Shown: one piece after another, positions 16,790 through 24,586 of the stretch
Numbering within the stretch: position 1 is the first letter of the stretch
How the letters are laid out: each line of letters opens with the position of its first letter
Source: Bacteroidaceae bacterium
GTDB lineage: Bacteria > Bacteroidota > Bacteroidia > Bacteroidales > Bacteroidaceae
Assembly (NCBI GenBank): GCA_017383665.1
Contig: JAFNWA010000220.1
Coordinates: 1 to 24,586, forward strand
DNA: 24,586 nucleotides
Direction: 5' to 3'
The notes under the pieces: generated by a model
Database searches by the model: none
What the model saw: the letters and a program-made list of their open reading frames with translations, nothing else
Told to the model about the DNA's origin: nothing
Translations under genes and position numbers: made by a program

Positions 16790-18112
16790 TCAGAACTTGA
16801 ACTTTGACATAAGACCACCCATTTTGCCACCGGCAACTCCCTTCATGGTCTTGCGTATCTGGTCGAACTGCTTCATCAATTTATTTACCTCTTGCATTGT
16901 GTTGCCGCTACCGCGTGCAATGCGCTCCTTGCGTGAGGTGTTGATGATGTCTGGGTTGGCACGCTCTTTGGGTGTCATTGACTGTATAATGGCTTCCACA
17001 TTCTTGAAAGCATTGTCATCTATGTCAAGGTTCTTTATTGCTTTGCCCACACCGGGAATCATTGCCATCAAATCCTTTATGTTGCCCATCTTCTTGATTT
17101 GTTGAATCTGGGCAAGAAAGTCGTTGAAATCAAATTGATTGCGTGCAAGTTTGCGCTGCAGTTTCTTTGCTTCTTCCTCGTCGAACTGCTCCTGTGCGCG
17201 CTCAACAAGTGACACGACATCACCCATGCCCAAGATGCGGTCGGCCATACGGTTGGGGTGGAACTGGTCGATTGCCTCCATCTTTTCACCGGTACCGATG
17301 AACTTGATTGGCTTTGTGACAACAGTGCGGATAGACAAAGCTGCACCGCCGCGTGTGTCACCGTCGAGCTTAGTTAGGATGACACCTGTGAAATCAAGAC
17401 GGTCGTTGAACTCCTTGGCGGTATTAACGGCATCCTGACCGGTCATTGAGTCAACAACGAACAGAGTCTCGTTTGGCTTGACAGCTTCTTTGATGGCTGC
17501 AATTTCGTTCATCATCGCCTCGTCAACAGCCAAGCGACCGGCTGTATCGATGATTACAAGGTTGTAGCTCTTGGCTTTAGCCTCTTTAATCGCATTAAGT
17601 GCAATCTGTACCGGGTCTTTACTTTCAGGCTCGCTATAAACGGGTACACCGATAGCTTCGCCAAGTACCTTCAATTGGTCAATAGCTGCAGGTCTGTAAA
17701 CATCACAGGCAACCAATAATGGACTGCGATTCTTCTTTTTCTTTAAGTAATTTGCCAGTTTTGAAGAGAATGTCGTCTTACCACTACCTTGGAGACCTGA
17801 CATGAGAATCACAGCTGGGTGTCCTTCATAGTTGACTTCGGCAGCTTCTCCTCCCATCAACGCTGTGAGTTCGTCATGAACAATCTTTACCATCAATTGG
17901 CTAGGGTGGAGTGATGTGAGCACATTCTGTCCGATAGCCTTGTTCTTTACTGTATCGGTGAATGTTTTTGCCACTTTGTAGTTGACATCGGCATCAAGCA
18001 GTGCCTTGCGCACATCCTTTAGTGTCTCGGCTACATTGACTTCGGTTATTCGTCCTTCTCCTTTGAGTATTTTCAATGAGCGTTCAAGGCGCTCGCTAAG
18101 GTTTTCAAACAT
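16790..18112 (-). CDS. ffh: Signal recognition particle protein Ffh
   Basis: ALLDADV, GLQGSGKTT, DVYRPAA, DTAGR, TKLDGDTRGGAALS, RILGMGD and Met-rich M domain. Confidence 0.98.
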   Translation of the reverse strand: MFENLSERLERSLKILKGEGRITEVNVAETLKDVRKALLDADVNYKVAKTFTDTVKNKAIGQNVLTSLHPSQLMVKIVHDELTALMGGEAAEVNYEGHPAVILMSGLQGSGKTTFSSKLANYLKKKKNRSPLLVACDVYRPAAIDQLKVLGEAIGVPVYSEPESKDPVQIALNAIKEAKAKSYNLVIIDTAGRLAVDEAMMNEIAAIKEAVKPNETLFVVDSMTGQDAVNTAKEFNDRLDFTGVILTKLDGDTRGGAALSIRTVVTKPIKFIGTGEKMEAIDQFHPNRMADRILGMGDVVSLVERAQEQFDEEEAKKLQRKLARNQFDFNDFLAQIQQIKKMGNIKDLMAMIPGVGKAIKNLDIDDNAFKNVEAIIQSMTPKERANPDIINTSRKERIARGSGNTMQEVNKLMKQFDQIRKTMKGVAGGKMGGLMSKFKF

Positions 18113-18135
18113 CTTTTGTATATTTTGTTTTGTTA

Positions 18136-19203
18136 CTAATTCTTTCTTATGCTTATTACATTGCCGGTAGTTGTGTCAAACAGAACCTTTGTGTTATTGT
18201 TCTTGTTGAACAGAGCCTTGGACAACACCTCGGTCGTTCCAAGTTGTGCAATTGCAATCTCTTTCTTGACAAATGTTTTGGAACGGGTATATATCTCCAT
18301 TCTGGCGCGACCAGGAATGTTATAGCACACTCCTTCTTTTTTGATGCTCTTCTTTTTTGCATCTGCGTCGTCATTTGCTGACGACTGGACTGTTCTTAAA
18401 TTGTCAAGGTCATAATAAACCGGTTCGCCAGCCAGGTTCTCTCTGTCAAGTACTCCAAGTTTGCGTGAGAAGCGGAACAACACAGCCTTGGTCGTATCGC
18501 AATTGCTGCTTGGAGTGAATTCATAGCTGTAACTGAAGTAAAGTGTGTCTGTACGCCCTGTGAACATTTCGGTCAGTGCGCGTTCCTGTTTGTCAAGTTC
18601 CTGCAACATCAAAGATATTGCAACGCCATCGCTCGGCATATTCTCTGATAAACCTCTGGTTATCGCAAGTTTGCTTTCTCGTATCGTGTATATCTCTTTT
18701 GCAGTCAGTTCGGCCATTTTTGCTGTTGATGTGGCAGTGAGCATCTCCTCGGTCATGTATTGCGATGCGTCAACATGACTGTTTGTACTTTGTCTTGCTA
18801 CCTTTTCCCGTATGACAGTCTTTTCGGGTGCAGTCGTGTTGATGGCCTCTATGATACCCTTGTCGTTGAGTCTTATGTTGCTTGCCGTGCTGCCGTTGAG
18901 CTTTACTGTGTAAACCTTTTCCTTACATGGAATACCCTCGCTGCAACTCTCGATTCCGGTAATTTCCCAATGGTTCCCCGATTCGGTTATTACATCCTTG
19001 ATGTGTAGGAATCTTTCGGCATAACTATAGAACTCACCAGGTGTTTGTGTTACACAACTGGCCTCTACAGTTATGTTTATCTTTGTGTCTGGCAGGTAAT
19101 ATGTCACACCTTCGTTTATCCCGGACACGAATGCGTTCACATCTGTTTGCGCAATGCATGGCGTAGCCAATATGAATATGATTGCTTTGATTAACTGTTT
19201 CAT
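18136..19203 (-). CDS. Secreted DUF4831-family protein
   Basis: Signal peptide; YYLP.T, TPGEFY.YAERFL, MTEEML.A.ST.KMAEL.A..IY.IRES and LTEMFTG pattern. Confidence 0.75.
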   Translation of the reverse strand: MKQLIKAIIFILATPCIAQTDVNAFVSGINEGVTYYLPDTKINITVEASCVTQTPGEFYSYAERFLHIKDVITESGNHWEITGIESCSEGIPCKEKVYTVKLNGSTASNIRLNDKGIIEAINTTAPEKTVIREKVARQSTNSHVDASQYMTEEMLTATSTAKMAELTAKEIYTIRESKLAITRGLSENMPSDGVAISLMLQELDKQERALTEMFTGRTDTLYFSYSYEFTPSSNCDTTKAVLFRFSRKLGVLDRENLAGEPVYYDLDNLRTVQSSANDDADAKKKSIKKEGVCYNIPGRARMEIYTRSKTFVKKEIAIAQLGTTEVLSKALFNKNNNTKVLFDTTTGNVISIRKN

Positions 19204-19372
19204 CTTGCTGCGTTTTTTGTTCTGTAAAATCGCAAAAGCACAAAAATGCTAATATGTTGCGAAGATAGTAATTTGTTTTCAATTTATAACGAAAAAATCA
19301 TTTAATAGGTATTTATTATTTATAATATATCAATAATTGGGCTGTTTTTGCGATTTTTTCGGAACTTTGTTC

Positions 19373-19380
19373 TATATTTG
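19373..19380 (+). promoter_or_regulatory. -7 promoter element (TATATTTG) for hpt-adk
   Basis: Exact TAnnTTTG match, with TTTG at 19347-19350 as a possible -33 element. Confidence 0.6.
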
Positions 19381-19407
19381 TAGAAATATAATTATCAGTT
19401 TCAAGAG

Positions 19408-19944
19408 ATGTCAGTAATTAGGATACACGACAAGGAATTTGTGAAGACAATTCCCGCAGAAGAGATTGCTGCTCAAGTAAAGCGCGTTGCAGATAATATA
19501 AACAGAGATTATGCCGGTAAGCGCCCCCTGCTTTTGGGCGTATTGAATGGTTGCTTCATGTTTATGTCGGATTTGATGAAGAACCTAGAACTTGAATGTG
19601 AGGTCTCTTTTGTAAAGCTTTCGTCATATCAGGGCTCCGAGACAACGGGCACTGTGACAGAGGTTATAGGACTCTCCGAATCAATAGAGGGGCGTGATGT
19701 GATAATTGTTGAAGATATTGTGGATACAGGTCTTACAATGCACAAGATGCTTGAGGTGTTGGCTGAGAGCAATCCTGCTTCTCTTGCGATAGCCTCTCTC
19801 TTTTTGAAGCCGGCGCGTTTGCGTGTCTCTGTGGATGTGAAGTATTCGGCTTTTGAAATTCCCGATAGGTTTATTGTTGGCTATGGACTTGACTATGATG
19901 GCCTTGGTCGCAACCTGCCCGATGTGTACGATGTTAAAGAATAA
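19408..19944 (+). CDS. hpt: Hypoxanthine phosphoribosyltransferase
   Basis: VLNGCFMFMSDL, PRPP-binding IIVEDIVDTGLT and FIVGYGLDYDGLGRNLP motifs. Confidence 0.97.
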   Translation: MSVIRIHDKEFVKTIPAEEIAAQVKRVADNINRDYAGKRPLLLGVLNGCFMFMSDLMKNLELECEVSFVKLSSYQGSETTGTVTEVIGLSESIEGRDVIIVEDIVDTGLTMHKMLEVLAESNPASLAIASLFLKPARLRVSVDVKYSAFEIPDRFIVGYGLDYDGLGRNLPDVYDVKE

Positions 19945-19957
19945 AAGTTATTGTAAG

Positions 19958-20536
19958 ATGCTTAATATAGTTATTTTTGGTGCCCCCGGTAGCGGTAAGG
20001 GTACACAGAGCGAAAAAATTGTAGAGAAGTATGGCCTGAACCATATTTCAACCGGTGAGGTTTTGCGTGGTGAGATTGCTGCCGGCACTGAATTGGGCGC
20101 AACAGCGCAGAGATTGATTGATAAGGGGCAACTTATTCCTGATGAGTTGATGATAAGTATTCTTGCTTCAAAACTTGATTCGCTTGCAAGTGGTAACGGA
20201 GTTATCTTTGATGGTTTCCCCAGGACAATAGCGCAGGCCGAGGCCTTGAAGGCGATGCTTAATGAGCGTGGACAGGATGTTGTTGCGATGATTGAGCTTG
20301 ATGTTCCCGAAGATGAGCTGATGTCGCGTCTTTTGCTTCGCGGACAACTTTCGGGTAGAGCCGATGATAATGAGGAGACAATAAAGAAACGCCTTATTGT
20401 CTATAACGAACAGACATCGCCTTTGAAGGAGTGGTACAAAAACGACGGCAAGCACTGTTATATAAACGGTTCCGGCGAACTTGATCGTATTTTTGCAGAT
20501 ATTGTAACTGCGATTGAATTAAAGAAAAATAAATAA
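19958..20536 (+). CDS. adk: Adenylate kinase, short-lid type (start revised to ATG 19958)
   Basis: GAPGSGKGTQS P-loop, HISTGEVLR, DGFPRTIAQA and GRADDNEETI motifs. Confidence 0.97.
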   Translation: MLNIVIFGAPGSGKGTQSEKIVEKYGLNHISTGEVLRGEIAAGTELGATAQRLIDKGQLIPDELMISILASKLDSLASGNGVIFDGFPRTIAQAEALKAMLNERGQDVVAMIELDVPEDELMSRLLLRGQLSGRADDNEETIKKRLIVYNEQTSPLKEWYKNDGKHCYINGSGELDRIFADIVTAIELKKNK

Positions 20537-20570
20537 TAAAGGTCTCAGAGGTGTCTCTCCTATAATAAGC

Positions 20571-20600
20571 AAGTTGCCGCCGAGTGTGGCAACTTTTGCT
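20571..20600 (+). terminator. Intrinsic terminator-like hairpin after adk
   Basis: AAGTTGCCGC-cgagt-GTGGCAACTT (one G-U pair) followed by TTGCT. Confidence 0.6.
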
Positions 20601-20678
20601 GTTGATTTTGAGATATTATAAAACTGATGGATTTTCCCTCTGTTTGGGGTAAAGTCTGTAGTGCAGAGAAATGTTGTT

Positions 20679-21836
20679 ATGGCAGAATCAAATTTTATCG
20701 ATTATGTAAAGATTGTGTGCCGTTCTGGTCGTGGAGGCCGTGGAATGGCTCACTTGCATCGTGCTAAATATATACCCAATGGCGGCCCTGATGGTGGCGA
20801 CGGCGGCAAGGGGGGTGATATTATCCTCCGTGGAAACCGGAACTACTGGACATTGCTTCACTTGAAATATCAGCGCCATATCTTTGCCGGCAATGGTCAG
20901 AATGGCGGTATCAACAAGAGTACAGGCGCTGATGGCGAGAGTAAAATTGTTGATGTGCCTTGTGGAACAGTGGCATACAATGCCGAGACTGGAGAATTTC
21001 TTTGTGATGTGATGGAGGACGGTCAGCTGGTTACCCTGCTCAAGGGTGGTCGCGGTGGTTTGGGTAATGTCCATTTTGCAACCCCGACACGCCAAGCACC
21101 GCGTTTCGCACAGCCGGGTGAACCAATGCAGGAGATGACTGTGACACTTGAGCTCAAGTTGCTTGCCGATGTTGGCCTTGTGGGCTTCCCGAATGCAGGA
21201 AAGTCAACATTGCTCTCTTCTGTTTCAGCGGCAAAGCCCAAGATTGCCAATTATCCTTTTACTACGCTTGAACCGAATTTGGGAATTGTCTCATATCGCG
21301 ACGGCAAGTCGTTCGTGATGGCCGACATCCCGGGTATCATAGAGGGGGCGAGTCAAGGCAGGGGGCTTGGATTGCGATTCTTGCGCCACATTGAGCGCAA
21401 CTCTTTGCTCCTGTTTATGGTGCCGGCTGATGCCGATGATATAAAGAAGGAGTATGAGGTGTTGCTGAATGAACTTGCAACCTTCAATCCGGAGATGCTT
21501 GACAAGCAGCGTGTGCTCGCAATTACAAAATGTGACCTCATTGACGAGGAACTCAAGGAGATGCTTTCGGAGAATCTTCCCGAGGATGTTCCTTGTGTGT
21601 TTATATCTGCGCCTACCGGTGAAGGAATTCAAGAGTTGAAGGATATTCTTTGGGCGGCGCTCAATAGTGAGGAGAATCGTCTCGCGGCTGTAAAGCGTGA
21701 AGAACTTGTGCACCGAAACTACGACAGGAAGATGCTTGCTGCCGATTTTGCAGACTGGGAAGCAGACTTTGAGGATGAAGTTGAGACTGACGATGATGAC
21801 TTTGACTATGAGGAGTTTGATTTCGATGAGGAGTAA
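20679..21836 (+). CDS. obgE: GTPase ObgE/CgtA (start revised to ATG 20679)
   Basis: Gly-rich Obg fold ([12 protein letters not shown]), [21 protein letters not shown] and TKCD motifs; acidic C-terminal tail. Confidence 0.98.
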   Translation: MAESNFIDYVKIVCRSGRGGRGMAHLHRAKYIPNGGPDGGDGGKGGDIILRGNRNYWTLLHLKYQRHIFAGNGQNGGINKSTGADGESKIVDVPCGTVAYNAETGEFLCDVMEDGQLVTLLKGGRGGLGNVHFATPTRQAPRFAQPGEPMQEMTVTLELKLLADVGLVGFPNAGKSTLLSSVSAAKPKIANYPFTTLEPNLGIVSYRDGKSFVMADIPGIIEGASQGRGLGLRFLRHIERNSLLLFMVPADADDIKKEYEVLLNELATFNPEMLDKQRVLAITKCDLIDEELKEMLSENLPEDVPCVFISAPTGEGIQELKDILWAALNSEENRLAAVKREELVHRNYDRKMLAADFADWEADFEDEVETDDDDFDYEEFDFDEE

Positions 21837-21878
21837 ATTTCTATAATGCATAAACATAAATCTAAAACAAGATAACTT

Positions 21879-24152
21879 ATGGCTACAAAAAAACATTCTT
21901 GGAATTATGGTAATGTCGGTGGCACCACTCGTGTAAGGATCAAGACCGGTGCAGATATTGCTCATCTTGGAGAGTTGGATCTTAAGAAATGGACAGTACT
22001 CTCATGTCCGACAGTAGGTTTGGATATTGATGAGGTTAGCTTGAAGTATATTGATGCCGACTGTGATGGCCGCATCCGCGTTGATGATGTTATTTCAACA
22101 TCGCAATGGTTGACTTCTGTGGTTAATGATGCTGATATGTTGGTCAAAGGTGATGACCACATTGATATTCAGGCTTTCAATCAGGAGACCCCCGATGGTA
22201 AGAAACTTTATAACTCTGCAAGACAGATAATTGTGAATCTCGGTAAGGAGGGAACAATAATATCTCTGGCCGATACAAAGGATATTGCTGCCATCTTTGC
22301 AAAAACCCGTTTCAATGGCGACGGTGTGATTTCCGAGAATACACCTGAAAATGCAGAGGAAAAGGCTGTCGTGTCTGCAATGCTCAACGCTTTGGGTGGT
22401 GTTGCAGATCGTAGCGGTGTGCAGGGTGTGAACGCTGAACTTATAGAGAAGTTCTATCAGCTCTTGGCTGATTATGTTGCATGGCATGAGTCTGCTGTTG
22501 AGGCTCCATATGGCGCTGATACAGACAAAGCTATTGAGATGTACAATGCTCTCGATGCCAAGGTGAAGGATTATTTTGTGCGCGCAAAGCTCGCATCTTT
22601 TTCACCGGAAAGTGCTGTGAAACTTGATGTGCAGGCGGGGCTTATAGAGTCTATCAGTGCAGAAAATTTGATAGACAAGACTGATGCCATTGCGGCATAT
22701 CCTATCGCTCGTATTACCGGTAAAACAGATTTGGATGTGAATGCTGCGATTAACCCGGCATGGGCCGCAAAATTCAAAACCCTTATCTCAATAGTAAAGC
22801 CAAAGGAAAAAATACTTACAGAGGAAACTTGGGCTGCAATCGGTGCTTCTTTTGCCGCATACAATGCATGGAAGGCTGCAAAGAAGGGTTGTGAGGTTGA
22901 GGCGTTGGGGCTTGACGCAATAAAGCAGTTACTGGCGGATGACAAAAAGCAGGCTCTTCTTGATCTTGTTGCGCAGGATGCAGAACTCAAGGAGACCGCA
23001 GATGGTATAGATATGGTGCAGAAATTCATGTATCTGTACCGTGATTTCTACCGTTTGCTATGTAACTATGTCACATTCCAGGATTTTTATACCAAGGATA
23101 AGGGAGTGAAGGCGATTTTCCAGAGTGGACGCCTGATTATCGACCAGCGTGAATGTCGTATGTGTATGAATGTTGCTGACATGGCAAAACATAACACTAT
23201 GGCTCCTGCGAGTGGAATGTATCTTGTGTATTGTGATTGTTCTACCAAGGCCAGTGCGGTAAAAAAGAGTATTGTTGCTGCGGTTACCGTTGGTGATGTG
23301 GGTGATCTTTTCGTGGGTAAAAATGCTATATATTTTGACAATGCCGGTTTGATGTGGGATGCTGTCATCACAAAAATTGTGGACAATCCTATCAGCGTAG
23401 GTCAGGCTTTCTGGTCGCCTTACCGTCGCATGGCGACCACTGTTGAGAATTTGATAAACAAACGCGCTGCAGAAAAAGATGCTGCAGTGATGAATGATGC
23501 CAATGCTAAAATAAATGCTGCACCTGATTCAAAACCTGCAGATAAAGAGGCTAAGCCTCCGTTTGATATCGCGAAATTTGCCGGTATATTTGCTGCCATT
23601 GGTATGGCGGTCGGTATGATTGGTACACTCCTTATGAGTGTGTTCAAGGGACTCTTTGCTCTTGAATGGTGGCAGTTGATTTTGACCTTTATCGGTATAT
23701 TGCTGGTTATATCCGGTCCTGCAATGGTTATGGCCTGGATGAAATTGCGCCGTCGTAACATAGCTCCGCTGCTCAATGCCAATGGATGGGCTATCAATGC
23801 TTCGTCAAAGATTAGTATCCCATTCGGTGAGACATTGACCGATATTGTAAAATTCCCCAAAATGAAGGTTAAGGATCCTTTTGCAAAGAAAGGTCTTTCT
23901 GCATTTCAGAAATGGGTAATCTCGTTGCTGGTTGTTGCAGTTGTGGCAACAGGTTTGTGGCTCGGAAACCTGCTTTCTTGGATGGGTGTCTCGTCTCCGT
24001 TGTCTTGCTTTAAGAAAGATAAGGTGGAGACGGTGGCAGCGCAGTCGGAAACTGAAAAAGCACCTGATGCAGAAGATGCTGCGCCTGTTGCGGAAGGTGC
24101 TCCTGTAGTAGAGGAGCCTAAAGCAGATGCCGAGGCTGATGCTGAGGTGTGA
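21879..24152 (+). CDS. Uncharacterised 757-aa membrane protein with N-terminal EF-hand-like loop and three C-terminal TM helices
   Basis: Long uninterrupted ORF with A-rich initiation region; DADCDGRIRVDD at aa 59-70; hydrophobic segments at about aa 567-589, 597-621 and 679-701. Function not assignable. Confidence 0.9.
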   Translation: MATKKHSWNYGNVGGTTRVRIKTGADIAHLGELDLKKWTVLSCPTVGLDIDEVSLKYIDADCDGRIRVDDVISTSQWLTSVVNDADMLVKGDDHIDIQAFNQETPDGKKLYNSARQIIVNLGKEGTIISLADTKDIAAIFAKTRFNGDGVISENTPENAEEKAVVSAMLNALGGVADRSGVQGVNAELIEKFYQLLADYVAWHESAVEAPYGADTDKAIEMYNALDAKVKDYFVRAKLASFSPESAVKLDVQAGLIESISAENLIDKTDAIAAYPIARITGKTDLDVNAAINPAWAAKFKTLISIVKPKEKILTEETWAAIGASFAAYNAWKAAKKGCEVEALGLDAIKQLLADDKKQALLDLVAQDAELKETADGIDMVQKFMYLYRDFYRLLCNYVTFQDFYTKDKGVKAIFQSGRLIIDQRECRMCMNVADMAKHNTMAPASGMYLVYCDCSTKASAVKKSIVAAVTVGDVGDLFVGKNAIYFDNAGLMWDAVITKIVDNPISVGQAFWSPYRRMATTVENLINKRAAEKDAAVMNDANAKINAAPDSKPADKEAKPPFDIAKFAGIFAAIGMAVGMIGTLLMSVFKGLFALEWWQLILTFIGILLVISGPAMVMAWMKLRRRNIAPLLNANGWAINASSKISIPFGETLTDIVKFPKMKVKDPFAKKGLSAFQKWVISLLVVAVVATGLWLGNLLSWMGVSSPLSCFKKDKVETVAAQSETEKAPDAEDAAPVAEGAPVVEEPKADAEADAEV

Positions 24153-24165
24153 TTACCTTATTATA

Positions 24166-24214
24166 ATATATACATCATGAGCGACGGTTCTGCCGTCGCT
24201 CATGATGTATATAT
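24166..24214 (+). terminator. Perfect 22-bp stem with 5-nt loop after the 757-aa gene; likely terminator or processing stem
   Basis: ATATATACATCATGAGCGACGG-ttctg-CCGTCGCTCATGATGTATATAT. Confidence 0.7.
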
Positions 24215-24420
24215 GAGTGTGCTTGTGAGTTGCGCTTAGGCTTTGTTTTTTTATGTTTATTCTTCTATTTACTCTCCAATTTTAAACTTTAAGTTTTTTT
24301 AACAATAAAAATAGTGGTTTTAGCACTGCTTTTAGGGCGTTTTTTGCGCAAAATGGTCTTTTTGTGTGATGGCTTTTGCTAAAAAGCAGTCAAATGTTTT
24401 TTTATTTGAAATATAATTTT

Positions 24421-24428
24421 TACCTTTG
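24421..24428 (+). promoter_or_regulatory. -7 promoter element (TACCTTTG) for rpsL and the str operon
   Basis: Exact TAnnTTTG match in the typical TACCTTTGCA context, 88 nt upstream of the ATG. Confidence 0.75.
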
Positions 24429-24516
24429 CAGTCCAAAATGGACTATCGTGTTTTGATGTGTCCGCTTGAGCAGAAATATTTAAAAACAATATAATAATAA
24501 TTAAAAATTTAACAAA

Positions 24517-24586
24517 ATGCCTACAATTCAGCAATTAGTAAGAAAAGGCAGAGAGGTTATTGTAGAGAAGAGCAAGTCACCTGCAC
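24517..24586 (+). CDS. rpsL: 30S ribosomal protein S12, first 23 codons (truncated by the window edge)
   Basis: MPTIQQLVRKGREVIVEKSKSPA is the characteristic S12 N-terminus. Confidence 0.96.
   Translation, partial: MPTIQQLVRKGREVIVEKSKSPA

Noticed and set aside
21745-21836. Highly acidic Asp/Glu/Phe tail of ObgE as a novelty
   Set aside because: Variable acidic, disordered C-terminal tails are a known feature of Obg proteins.
21291-21965. 224-aa minus-strand ORF over the obgE 3' end
   Set aside because: Antisense to two well-supported genes, with implausible composition and no motif.
22053-22334. Dockerin domain in the 757-aa protein
   Set aside because: The two Ca-loop-like motifs are about 85 aa apart, the second lacks the first Asp, and there is no signal peptide, unlike the closely duplicated secreted dockerin repeat.
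267-23860. The remaining short ORF-track entries overlapping called genes (e.g. 267-641, 356-739, 2522-2983, 5910-6407, 6784-7068, 15887-16396, 22571-23029, 23420-23860)
   Set aside because: All are antisense or alternative-frame shadows of confidently identified genes, with no independent coding evidence.

Overview
Core-genome segment of a Bacteroidales (Bacteroidota) chromosome, judged from gene content and order and from TAnnTTTG -7 promoter elements. It holds 27 supportable CDSs, two of them truncated at the window edges (dnaA on the left, rpsL on the right). Order: dnaA(-), dnaX(-), ftsB-like, small membrane protein, glucosaminidase-LysM(-), cdd, LMW-PTP, ruvC, ribH(-), TPR(-), recF, dciA/DUF721, nucleoside MFS permease, bifunctional nuclease, rsmE, truA, EamA, DUF3256, CapA-family(-), folD(-), ffh(-), DUF4831(-), hpt, adk, obgE, a 757-aa uncharacterised protein, rpsL. 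I saw no rRNA, tRNA, CRISPR array, transposase, integrase or prophage gene. The main candidate for novelty is the 757-aa ORF: no signal peptide, a canonical EF-hand loop, a Cys-containing beta-rich region and three C-terminal TM helices. The other signals are non-coding: a four-stem structure in the dnaA leader; a composite ruvC-ribH gap (heptamer array, inverted REP-like pair, multibranch stem structure); and several stop codons placed in the 5' arm of long inverted repeats. All assignments are by eye from motifs, with no database search.
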